64,000 nucleotides of DNA from Vicugna vicugna (taxonomy: Eukaryota), in NCBI GenBank assembly GCA_013265495.1, contig MU058636.1, positions 2,418,001 through 2,482,000 on the forward strand. Direction: 5' to 3'. Position numbers and translations under genes: made by a program. Positions 11,745-23,384 of this stretch are shown one piece after another; position 1 is the stretch's first letter; each line of letters begins with the position of its first letter. Below the pieces are notes generated by a model, which made no database searches, was not told the DNA's origin, and was given only the letters and a program-made list of their open reading frames with translations.

Positions 11745-14700
11745 AACCACCTCTGGAATTTTGGAGTAAGGACATTTGATAAATTCTCTTTTCCAAAACA
11801 GCAATGAGAACAGAATTTCACTGAGAGAGGCAAGAATTGTCGAAATAAACTATTTTAGAACTCTGGAAATTAATCAAAGACTTGGAACAATCCAGTGGGT
11901 GTTTATTCAAGAAAAATACTGAATTGTGCTAAGAACCATGACCTTTGTGGCATTTAAATTTATTCCCATGACTCCTTCCCAGCACCGTGGTAGCTTTGAA
12001 AACTAAAAGCTTCTGGAGGGGACAGAAAAGATTCAGAACTCTCCAAATGCTCCATTCTCAGAAAATTATCATTGTATGACCTGTCTGGCAGCTCCCTAAA
12101 AACCTCTATTTCAGAAGTTGTTTTTATTCCTCCTGACTCATCATGTGTAAACAGCCTCAGGGCATTTGTTAAAAACAACCAGTGGCAGTTGTTTAACATC
12201 GTAGGTCCCTGGAGTATCTACACCAGTTGAGGTTAACAAGAGGTTTACCAAAAAACTTAAAAAGAAAAATTGGGAAAAGATATATCTACAGAGGGCTTTG
12301 AAAAGCCCTGACATATTCCTTAGAATCTCAAAGGCCCATGTGCAGATGTAAATCTGTGCATATGTCCCAATGAGAGCCCACAGCAGCAAAGGCTGTTAGA
12401 TGTGTTGGTTCAAAGCACTTAAGGAAGTCTCTATTCTATCATTAGCTGACTATGGAAGAAAACTGGGCAAAGACTTAAGTGGTTGCACATAATAAAGAAA
12501 ATAGACTTTACAGAATTAGTCCAGGAAACGGACAAATAGCATTAGGAACAACAAAGGCAAACAGCAACAATTGTAAACCTTTGGTTGGGGTAGTAGAATC
12601 TGATTTCTGGAGTTACCGTATTATATTATTTAAAATACAGTTTTAACACACAATTACAACACACAAAGAAACAGGAGAGTATGACCCATTCACAGGGAAA
12701 AAACAGTGAAAAATATCCCTGAGAAAGTCTAGATGTTGGACTTACTAGACAAATGTTTTAAGTCAGCAATCATAAATGTGTTCAAAAAATGAAAGGAAGT
12801 CATGTCTCAAGAGTTAAATGATGTGAATGATGTCTCACCAAATAGAGAATATAAATAAATAGAAATTATTTAGGAAGAACCAAATAGAAATTCTGCAGTT
12901 GAAAATACAATAACTGAAATGAAAAAAATCCCTAGAGGGCTCAGCAACAGATTGGAATTAGCAGAAGAAAAAATCAGCGAACCAGCGAACTTGAAAGTAG
13001 GTCAATTGAAATCATACAGTTTGAGGAGCAGAAGCCCAAATGAATAAGAAGAAATGGAGAGAACCTCAGAATACCTCACGGATACCAGCATACACATAAT
13101 GGAAGTCCCAGAAGGAGAAAAGAGAGCTAAAGGATACTTGAAGAAACAGTGGCCAAACACTTGCCAAATTTAATGTAATACATTAATCTGCACATCAAGA
13201 AGCTCAGTACATCCCAGCATAAACACAGATATCTACACCCAGACACGAAACAATCAAGCTACTGAAAGCCAAAACAAAGAGAGCAGCGAGAGAGAAGTGA
13301 ATTATCATGTGCAAGGAACCTTCAATAAGATTAACATCTGACTTCTCATCATAAATCATGTAAACCGGAAGGTAGTTCTTTCAAAGTGCTGAAAGAACAA
13401 CTATCCAATCAAGAGTTCTATATCCAGCAAAACTATCCTTCAACATAGAAGAAAAATTAAGACATCTCAGAAAAACAAAAACAGAGAATTTGTCCTTAGC
13501 AGGGCTGCCCTACAAGAAATATTAAAGGGGATCTTTCAGGTTGTAATGAAGAATGCTAGACAATAACTCAACTCCATGGAAGAAATAAAGACTATCAGTT
13601 AAAGTAACTACATTATGCAAATGTGAAGACAGTATAAACCACTAAGAAAGTACTGAAAAATATAAAAGAAGCAACAAAGGAATTAAAATGGTATCAGAAA
13701 TGTCTGTTTAACACAAAAGAAGGCAATAATGGAGGAACAGAAAAACAGAAAGCACAGACATACAGAAAACACAGTAAAATGGCAGATGTAAATCCTATCA
13801 GTAATTACATTAAATGTAAATGGATTAAACACACCTATAAAAAAAGGACATTGACAGACTGAATTAAATAAATGTGACCTGACTGTATTCTCTTTGCAAT
13901 AGATCCATTTTATATTCAAACACAAATAGTTTCAAAGTGAAAGGATAAAATAAGATATACCATGCAAATAGTAACCAAAAGAGAGCTGGGAGTGGTTATA
14001 CTAATACTGGACAAAATAGATTTTAAGTAAAAAATTACCACAAGAAACAAACAAGGTCATTACATATTGGTACAAGGGTCAATCCATCATCAGGAAGACA
14101 TAACATTTACAAACATATGTACATCTAGCAACTGTTCCCCAAGATACATGAAGCAAAAACTGACAGAATTGGAGGGAGAAATAGAAAATTCAACTATTGT
14201 GGTTGGAGATTTCAGTATCCTACTTTCAATAACAAGTGGAAACTAGGCAGAAGTTTAGCTAGGCAATGAGGCAGAAGGTTAACAAGGAAATAGAAGGCTT
14301 GAACAACACTATAAACCAACTAGAACTAACAAACATCCAAAGAACCCTCTACCCAGCCATAGCAGAGTGCACATTGTTTTCAAGCACGTAGAAGATTCTT
14401 CAGAATAGAATATATTAGGCCGTAGACCATGTATTAGGACACAGAGCACGTTTCAATGAATTTAAAAGCACTGAAGTCATACAAGGTATGTTTGTTGGTT
14501 GTAATGGAGTGATATTAAAAATCAATAGCTGAAGGTTCAGAAATTCACAAAATGTGGAAATTAAACAACACACTTTCATAATCTGTGGGTCAAAGAAGGT
14601 ATCACAAGGGAAATTAGAAAATCCTTTGAGATGAATGAAAACAAAAACACACTAAAACTTATGGGATGCCAGTAAATCTGCTTACAGGGAAATGTATAGC

Positions 14701-14750
14701 TATGAATGCCTCTATTAAGAAAAGAAGGCTCACAGATGAATGCATTTACC
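11745..14750 (+). mobile_element. Old L1 (L1MC/L1MD-type): 5' end, degenerate ORF1 and endonuclease part of ORF2, 3'-truncated
   Basis: ORF1-like motifs (agggctcagcaacagattgg, ggaagtcccagaaggaga, tatccagcaaaactatccttcaa); ORF2 start region atcagtaattacattaaatgtaaatggattaaac (~SVITLNVNGLN) near 13800; frameshifts and stops. Confidence 0.9.
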
Positions 14751-15772
14751 TTCAGTGTTACTGTGGTCCACTTTAGGTCAACCTCTGTTTTTATGGGGAG
14801 AGTCACCACTGGAACAATGGAGAGTGCCTCTGAATGTTGGGTTTTCTCTCCCAGCATTTTCTCTCCTGGTCTGATGTTTAAAATTCTGATTGGATACGAA
14901 CAAAATAATAGATTTCACCACCACTCTTGCACAGTCAGAATGCTGATTTTGACCCTATATCTTACTGTCAGATAATTAATTTTAAAAATACGGAAAGAGA
15001 AATGAGATGAATGGTATAAAAAGAGATCAAACAGTTTATTTTGCAGCTGGCCGCGTGTTCATACAAACACCAAAGCAAAATGATTTGTGGTAGGCTGCTC
15101 ATTTAATGGGTCTCCCGGTAGGAGGCAAGGTTATCGAAGCCCTTCCTCCTCCATCTCAGAGGAGAACGTGTTTTGTGAATGAGTAAATTTTTATGCCTAG
15201 GGTACTCACGTGGTCTCTTTTATGTTGGTTGGTTGTAGTTCCAGGAGCATTGTGCGTGCTCCACACTACTCGGATGGTGGTGGGGGTGGGGTTGAGGGTG
15301 TTTGTTGTGCTGCTGGTGGTGTTCATAGCAACGGAAGGATGGGCGAGATAGTTGGGTTACTAAGTATATGATTGGACAGAAGTAAACGTTCCCTTCATCC
15401 CATCTGGACTTGGGCGTGTGGGGTGTCCTCAGTCTGAAGTGATGCCTGCCGCGTAAGGAAAGGCAGCCTTCTTCCCCTCACGTCTCATCCCTTCATCCCT
15501 CTGCCCCCTGCCTCTTGCTTCTCACTCACTTTGACATGCTTTCCCTTCTACCTGCCCTTCTTAGAGAGCTGCGTTCTTCCTCTCACCTTTTTGCCTCCCA
15601 GTCCTCAGCTATCCTCTCTGCCCCATTTACGCTCTCGGAGAAGACTCTTACTGCTGCAAGGAGGAAGCAGAGAGGAAGTGGGCAGTAAATAGGGGTGGAG
15701 TGGGAAGAGAGGACTGAAAAGATACTCTCTGGCCCTTCCAAATACTGGAAACAATTCACTTGTGTCTTTCAG

Positions 15773-15862
15773 GTACCATGAAGATGTGGTGGGTTGGAAT
15801 GGAAACGGTTAATACTCAAACCACGGATGCTGCTCAGAAAAATGACGTGTGCAGAGTGATAG
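15773..15862 (+). other. Candidate internal exon (90 nt, probably 5' UTR)
   Basis: Acceptor ttgtgtctttcAG at 15771-72; weak donor TAG|GTAGTT. Confidence 0.3.
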
Positions 15863-16689
15863 GTAGTTTTGAAGATTTAATTGTTTCATAATCACTGGGT
15901 TTCCCAAATATGTCTATTTTCTTTTTAGGAAAAGTGATGAAATTGTCATTTTTACAGATAGAAAGTGGTTGGATATCAGTACTTTTATATGACTCAGCCT
16001 GCTAATAGCAGGCGTTCTAGGCTACCTGTTGCAGTAGAATTTGGTAGAAGAATATGTGTTTTCTACCACATAGCAACTAATCTTGCTGGACAATTTAGAG
16101 AGGAAAGTAATTTTTACTGTTTTATTTTGAAATACAGTTTTATTAAGGATTTAACTAATATTAATATTGTTAATATTGTAGGATTTATAGTTCCTCTGGC
16201 TTTTTATTTCTGAATTATAAAAAGAAGCACAACGGAGTGTAAATTTGGTGCAATTTAAGAAAATTAAGATCTACAAAATGGACATGATTATTCACGTATC
16301 AGAGATATTTTTCCCCTGATAAAAGACAAGTCTTAAGTCCTTAAGATACTTCATTTATGTGATGTATTTAAGAATCGGTTTTCAGATCATTAACTGCTTG
16401 AGGGATTAAGATAGAAAGAAAATTGAAGTCATGTAATCCACTGAGGATTAATCTGAATATAAGATTAAGTAGCTCTAAAATCCTAGACACAGCCGATGGA
16501 AAAATGGGGAACTTGTGAAACAGCTCCCATTATGAAGCGTTTATTTGTGGCACAGTTATGCAGAGATCGGAGAACTCCTGTGCAAGCTCTGTTTTTCAGT
16601 GACAAGTGGTATTATAATGAAATTCCTGTTTGTGCTTTCCTGAACCTTACTCCTTTCGTCTAAATTTTTCTGTATTTTTCCTTTTTAAG

Positions 16690-16762
16690 GTTTCCACACC
16701 TGGATTGTCAACTAGGGCAAGTTATCACCAATGGCAGTAAAACTTGTTTTCTTGGGGTCAAG
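16690..16762 (+). other. Candidate internal exon (73 nt); ATG at 16731 would give MAVKLVFLGS, ending in phase 2
   Basis: Long pyrimidine tract tttttctgtatttttcctttttaAG and consensus donor AAG|GTGAGT. Confidence 0.6.
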
Positions 16763-18140
16763 GTGAGTTTATGTGGATTTCTATTCGATTTACTGTTCAT
16801 TTGACTGGGGCCCATAATTGCCTTTTAAACGTTGTGTAATATTTCCCAATATTCGAAGGAAAGAGTTGGTGGTAATTTTTGGTAAATATCATTAATGATG
16901 GAAGCAAATTAAAATTGATTCTCATCTGAAAGCTTAATTTAATTTTGCTTTATTCAAGATGTGAGATACATGTTCCAACATCAACCAAAATTCAAGTCCA
17001 AGCAACGTGTTTTGTTCGTGGTTTTAAATTGGTGGAGTGCACAATATGGGCATCTCTTTCTCAGTGGTGATTAATCTTTGCCTGCGACAAAAGGTTATCA
17101 TGTGGTTGTTAACATGTGTTTAGTAACAGCAGGTGACAGAAATAGGACAGGAGGATGCAGTCGTATTTAGGGGCTTGCTTTGATTAGAGGATGTGCTTAT
17201 TGGGAGAAAAAGACTAGATTGGGAGGGAAAAAGTTAATGGGGTGCAGAGTTTATTAAACGATGAATAGAAGCTTCATTGAGCAGCCAAGACCACAGAAAA
17301 TTTAAAGTATTTGAGAGAGGCTTTTCTGAGAGTGGCTGCCGACCTGTCTGGCATTTCTATGCAAATTAGACAAAGGGATCCCTCCCACAGACTTTTTACT
17401 TCCATCTGATGGAGGATTGTTGGACTATCCTGATTTTTAGAACAAGACACTTTATTGCCATGTGCTGGAAACTTGTAATATAAATGAATTACCCATCTTT
17501 AAGTCATCAAAATTGTAATAAAAATATAGACAGTTTTTAAAATAGTAGAGCTGATATGGTCAGTGCCTCCTTGAATGTGGTCGCCTTGCACAGTGGACAA
17601 CCTGAACAACTACCAGGCTGGCTTTGCTTTCAGGACAGTTTGTAAGGAAGGGAGGCTTTTTATTGAGTTCTGGTCCTTGGGGACACAGGATAGAAACAAT
17701 AGTTTCAGGTATGGCCCTGATCTGACTTTTGGGTTGCATGAAAGAAACTTACTAGAGCGGCAGTAGCTTCTGTAGGTTTGGAGGCCCAGAGGGGTAGCCT
17801 GAGCTCTCCAGTAGTAAAACTAGGGAGGGGAAACCTCAACTATGCTTTAAACCGAATTGATGACAGAATTCCTGTGATTTAGTGATAGAGAGAATGTGTG
17901 CTTTCAGATTCCCAGCACTTCTAAAGTGGCTTTATTCTGCAGCTCACCAGCTCTGTGATGTTCTTGTTCTTAGGGACTATTTAAACTTGAGTTTTTCCCC
18001 CAGTAAAACAGAGTTACTTTCAAAATGTTGAGTGTGTCCATAATGGCTGTCTCTTCCCTACTTATGACTTTTTGTAATTAATCTTCTGCTGAGACAAAAA
18101 GCTGTTATGCTGTTGTTCTTTTTTTCTTTTTTCTTTTTAG

Positions 18141-18158
18141 TTATGTTGTTGTTAATGG
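18141..18158 (+). other. Candidate 18-nt microexon TTATGTTGTTGTTAATGG
   Basis: Very strong pyrimidine tract ttctttttttcttttttctttttAG followed 18 nt later by TGG|GTAAGT. Confidence 0.45.
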
Positions 18159-19180
18159 GTAAGTACTGATTGATAAATTTTGGATAGGAGAGATGCAGCC
18201 GTGTGTTGGGTCCCGGGGTAGGACTGCGGGTGGGGAATGTGGCTGATCAATGTATTATTGAGATGAAAAAAGAACAGATACGGGAAATAATAGTGTAGTG
18301 CGGAGAGGTGGTGGTGGTGTTGGGGTCCTGGTCGCTGGGGGCATGGGTGGAGGTCACGGTGTCTAGGGGTGGTCCACATGGGGGTGGCAGCTGGGGTGCC
18401 ATGGTGGCGGGGTGGCAGCAGCCACTGGGACATTGATGAGTCATATGAAGGAAGGGAATGGAAGACGAAAAGAGGCCAAGCTGCAGACACAAAATATATG
18501 GGCTGGATACAGCTTTACTTTCTTAGATGCTGACGACAGAATTGATGAGGGGGAAATCCAAGGGGCTTCTCTTTGCAGAATGAGAAACCAGTTTTGTTAC
18601 TGTACCGTTTATCTATCTCTTCCTCCCCGAGAAGAGTAACAACAAAGAGACCTCAGAGAGTGGTTATAATTCCGGTGACTGTTGGTGTTTATTTCACATA
18701 CCCCTGCCATGACCCACATTTCTGCCGCGCATGCGTGCGTGCCCGCATGTGTGATCAGGGGTGTTGATTCTCTGAATACAAAAGTCGAGGAACACGTGAT
18801 CAATGAAGAGAACCATTTATGTGATTTACAGGAAAAGGCCCTGGTGTTCTTTACATCTGTTTCCTCTCCCCCCCGCCCCCCCAACCATGCATACATGATC
18901 TATGTTTTGAAGGAAAAAATGATGTGGATTTTTAAAAAAATGAGTTTAGGGGCAGAAGGAAAAGGGGAAAGAGGATTAGGGAGGTTTATATGAACCAGCC
19001 CCCCCAGATAATCGCTGAGCTGTCTGTTCCACTTCGTTGGTGGCTATTATGTCTGATTTTTTCTTTGCCTTTGAAATACCAAGGGAAGAGTGAGAATATG
19101 GAGTTGTTTGGGGTCCAATATTTGGTGCCTGTGATATTGAGCTAATAATTCCATGTTCCATTTTTCCTTACTGTTCACAG

Positions 19181-19235
19181 GGAAAATGGTTTTTGCTACT
19201 AGAAAATATTTGTGAAAACACTAGCTTCATAAATG
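19181..19235 (+). other. Candidate internal exon (55 nt)
   Basis: Branch-like gctaat near 19141, acceptor tttttccttactgttcacAG, donor ATG|GTAAAT. Confidence 0.35.
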
Positions 19236-19353
19236 GTAAATTATGAAACAGTGATATTTAAGAATAATCCAGCATTCTCATTGTCATTTATTTTCATAAA
19301 TTTGGGGTTGAAATATTTTATCACCGTATGATCCAAAGAATTGTTTTGATTAC

Positions 19354-19423
19354 TTTTTTTATTGACATATAGTCAGTTACAGTGTATCAATTTCTGGTGT
19401 CCAGCATAATGTCCCAGTCATGC

Positions 19424-19454
<31 letters not shown>

Positions 19455-20035
19455 TTTGTTTTCATATTCTTTTTCTCTAAAGATTGTTACAAGATACTGA
19501 ATATAGTTTCCTGTGCTATACAGAAGAAACTTGTTTTTTTATCTACTTTTATTTATAGCGGTTAACATTTGCAAATCTCAAACACCCAAATTTATCCCTT
19601 CCACCCTCTTCCCCCTGTAACCATAAGATTGTTGCTATGTCTGAGAGTCTGTTTCTATTTTGTAGATGAGTTCATTAGTGTCCTCTTTTTTTTTTTTTAG
19701 ATTCCACATGAGTGATATCATACAGTATTTTTCTTTCTCTTTCTAACCTCCTTCACTTAGAAGGATGACCTCCAGTTCCGTCCATGTTGCTGCAAATGGC
19801 ATTATTTTATTCTTTTTTATTGCAGAGTAGTATTCTATTGTTTAAATATATCACTTCTTCTTTTTTTTTTTTAAATCACAACCTCTTTATCCAGTCATCT
19901 GTCCGTGAACATTTAGGTAGCTTCCATGTCTTGGCTGTTGTAAATAGTGCTGCTGTGAGCATTAAGGTGCATGTATCTTTTTGAATTAGAGTTCCCTCTG
20001 GATACATGCCCACGAGTGGGATTGCTGAATTATAA
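19354..20035 (-). mobile_element. Young L1 3' end (5'-truncated), lineage-specific
   Basis: Poly-T then ttattgacatatagtc...agattccacatgagtgatatcatacagtat...ggatacatgcccacgagtgggattgctg, reverse L1 3' UTR and ORF2 end. Confidence 0.9.
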
Positions 20036-20284
20036 ATGATCCTTTATGCTCATTATGCAAAGATGTACATACCTCCACAGCAGGAGAGAGAGACATACAG
20101 AGTAGCTTTCTGAAAAGGAGGGGCAGTGGATTGTCACATGGTGGAGGATGTTGGGTTAGGAACACGGTGCCGTGTACGGGATGCACTGCTTCATGGAATG
20201 GGATGACTTTCCAGGTTGAAATGCTGATTCTATCTGCCACGTAGGCAGTGCTCCCTGCTTCGGTGCTGTGCTGAGCTGGTAACA

Positions 20285-20420
20285 CTCACCATCTCATTTG
20301 CTCCTTAAATACCCCACGAGGTGTAGGTACCACCATCACCCTCATTTTCCAGCTCATGTGTGGTGAAGCCGGGCTTGTAGCCAGCCATGCCCTTACCCAC
20401 TCGGCCGTGCTGCCTCCCCG
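20285..20420 (-). mobile_element. MIR fragment
   Basis: atctcatttgctccttaaataccccacgaggtgtaggtac...cctcattttccag resembles the reverse MIR core. Confidence 0.5.
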
Positions 20421-22024
20421 ACACTGGACTGGATCCTCGCCTGAAAGTCACGTTCATTTCTCCAACTCTACATGCTTCAGACAAGCCTCTCTCATCCCCC
20501 ATAATATGAAGCTTGATAGCTTTACGGGCAGAACCGCTTCAAAAAAATTCTGTCATTAGAGGGCACCAGCTAAGAAGGCCAGAGGAGCCCAGATATAAAC
20601 TCACGCCCTATAATGAGATATGAGGGAATTGTCAGTTGCGATTTGTTTCCTAGAGACCTTAGAGATTTTTAAAGACTAGGCTTTTTTTTCTTTCCACTGA
20701 AGAAGGTCCTGTGATTCTGAAATATTTGAATGTCAAATAGGACTGAAATGTGCTCAGATTTTGTGTACGTGAAGAAACTCAGCAGTGTGTGTGTTTTATT
20801 TTCTGCGTTAAAATGGGAATAGATTAGAAGCACCAGGATCTCAGAGTCCATTATTTCAGAGATCCTGAGGTTAATCTTTTTCCTAATCCATCTTCTCGTT
20901 GGGCACAAAACACAGGAGAAGAGACCAACTGCATTTTAATATTTAAATCCACAGATCCAGAGCTCGGGATTCCAGAAAATTGGTTGTTGGGGGTGACGGG
21001 AGGCAGAGTCAGTAAAAGTCACATGGATGATCCCATTAAGATGATAAAAAGTCACTTAGACTTTTCCGTTGTCTGTTTTTAAATGGCGCACAAGACCGCT
21101 CAATTTCCCATGTGCTGCTCTCTCAGACTGTTAGATACATTCTGTCCTCCTGCCTTTCTAGCTCCAAATTAAACCTGGGTGCTGTTGGATGCGAGGCCAG
21201 ATTTTATTAAACTAGGTCATCAGGGCACACACACAGGGGCCTGGATCCCACTGGCACTGTGTCATCTTTGGTAATTAATGGGTAAGCTCGCCAGGAGGCA
21301 AACGAAATGGCTTCACTCCTGCTATTGGGGCGGATAGCAGGGAACTGTGTAGTATTTGAGCACACGTCCAGTTCATGATGATGAATTACCACGGGAGTCC
21401 TGGCAGAGTTCCTGCGCTACTCAAATTATGTCAGGTAAGTTCATCGTATTAAGAACTATCACAGAAATTACAGAAGAATTAAAAATGGATGGGTTATTCC
21501 GGTGTGTTACGACTTACTGCTTTAACTTGCACATTTTTAATGCAATGTGGTTTTCTGCCTCCCCACCCCACATCGTCCTCCCTTTTAGAAACACCGAGAG
21601 CCTGCTCTGACATCAGCCAATTGGTAGTGACTTCCTGGGGCAGAAGCTTGGGATGTTGTATAGAGAGGTCGTTTGGAGATTCATTTCTAGTTCTTCTTTT
21701 GAAGGCTTAGTTTGGTTCCATCTAACAATAGGAGGATGAATTAAATGGCTTTTTAAGATCGACTTTTGCCTGAAAAGGATTTTATATTCAATTTGTCCTC
21801 ATATTTTTGTAGCTGTTATTCATTGTACTTAGCATCTGAATTTTTAGAAATGCTGTGTGTGTTGTAACGTCCAGCTGCTAAGATGGGGACATTCCCCTTA
21901 GATGCCAGGGTAGGCAGAATGACCTTTTCAGAAGTGGTTGTCCCCTGTGCCGACTGGGGAGCAGCCTTGGCATATAGGGGCAGGAAGCAGGGCTCTGTGC
22001 ATGTTCTGATCTTGCTCCTGTAGG

Positions 22025-22158
22025 TCCATCTCATCACCAGAATGTGAGCTTCACAAGGGCTGGCATTCTGTTCATTCACTGCTGTTTTCCTGGCTCCTGG
22101 ACCACTGGACACCTGACACACGCCGGGCACCCAGCAAATGTCTATAGAATGAATGAGG
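22025..22158 (+). mobile_element. L2 3' end
   Basis: accagaatgtgagcttcacaagggc...ttcactgctg...cctgacacac...aaatgtctatagaatgaatga. Confidence 0.75.
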
Positions 22159-22750
22159 CAACTTGGAAGCTTGTGGCTCTGGAAGGGGGAGTCCTTTTCC
22201 TTTCATCTCAGTTGGAGGAAAACAGGAAGACTCACACAGCCCTTTTCACAGCTGAGACGTAGCGAGAGACCAAGGCAAGACTTTTCCTCATTTGAGAAAC
22301 TGGCAAGAGAAAAACACCCTTTATTCATGGCGTATGACTTACTCCGTGGAAGCACTGACTTTGGATTCCTCTTTGTGCTTTTTTATATAGACGACTTATC
22401 TTTGTCACTCAGGATGGAACAGGTCCTCAGCGAGCCAGGAAGAGGATGATGTGGAATTTGGTGACACTCTGGCTCCCGCCTCTCCCATTTTGGAGTGTGT
22501 GACCTGACTTGTGTCACAGTGGCCTTCCCTTAAGATGGGATGGCGTCTGTCCTGTGGTTCTGTAAGGACTGGTGAGGTTACAAGGGAGAGAACCAGCGAT
22601 GCTCCAGCGCCCGCACAAATCAGGCCTTGTTTAAAAGTCTCCTTTAAGAAGTTGACATTTCTAGACTTGCTCAACTCATTTAAAAAAAAAAAAGATATAT
22701 GTAGTTTTTTGAGGAAAAAAAAAAAACCTCCTTTCTCAGAATAGGGCATA

Positions 22751-23384
22751 CAGGTGTACTTCGGAGATACTGCTGGATGGGTTCCAGACCACCGCGATAA
22801 AGTGAATGTCACAATAAAACGAGTCACAGGAAGTTTTTGGCTTCCCAGTGTGTATGAAGTTATCTTTATACTATAAAGTAGCCTAAGTGTACGATAGCAT
22901 TATGTCTTGTAAAAAAAGCAGTGTACATACCTGAATTAATACTTCATTGCTAGCGGGGGAGGGTATAGCTCAGTGCAGAGCACATGCTTAGCACACACTA
23001 GATCCTGGATTCAATCCCCAGTACTTCCATTAATAAACAAACAAACAAACAAACAAACAAACCTAATTACGGGCCCCCCCAATACTTTATTGCTAAAGAA
23101 TCCAAGCCATCTGAGTCTTCATGGAGTGGTAATCTTTTTGCAATAGTAACATCAGAGGTCACCGATAACAGATCACCATAAAAAATGTAATAACGATGAA
23201 GAAGTTTGAACTATTGCACAAATTACCAAAATGGGACACAGAGACATGAAGTGAGCAAATGCTGTTGGAAAAATGGTGCCGATAGACTTGCTTTAGGCAT
23301 GGTTGCCACATACCTCAGTTTGTAAAAAACGTGATTATCTGCAAAGCACAGTAAAGTGAAGTGTGATGAAAGGAGTTCTGCCTG
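22751..23384 (-). mobile_element. Internally deleted Tigger1 derivative (TcMar-Tigger), interrupted by a SINE
   Basis: ta|caggtgtacttcggagatactgctggatgggttccagaccaccgcgataaag ... gctgttggaaaaatggtgccgatagacttgct ... ctgcctg|ca; both termini present. Confidence 0.85.
22953..23080 (+). mobile_element. tRNA-Ala-derived SINE (camelid Vic-1-like)
   Basis: ggggagggtatagctcagtg...ggattcaatccccagtacttcca, (AAAC)n, acctaattac tail; 15-bp TSD aatacttcattgcta (22938-52) / aatactttattgcta (23081-95). Confidence 0.9.

Noticed and set aside
11745..14750. L1 ORF1/ORF2 as an active or domesticated gene
   Set aside because: No long + strand ORF; many stops and frameshifts; truncated before the reverse transcriptase.
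15930..16030. GTGATGA as the C box of an intronic snoRNA
   Set aside because: No CTGA D box or terminal stem at a suitable distance.
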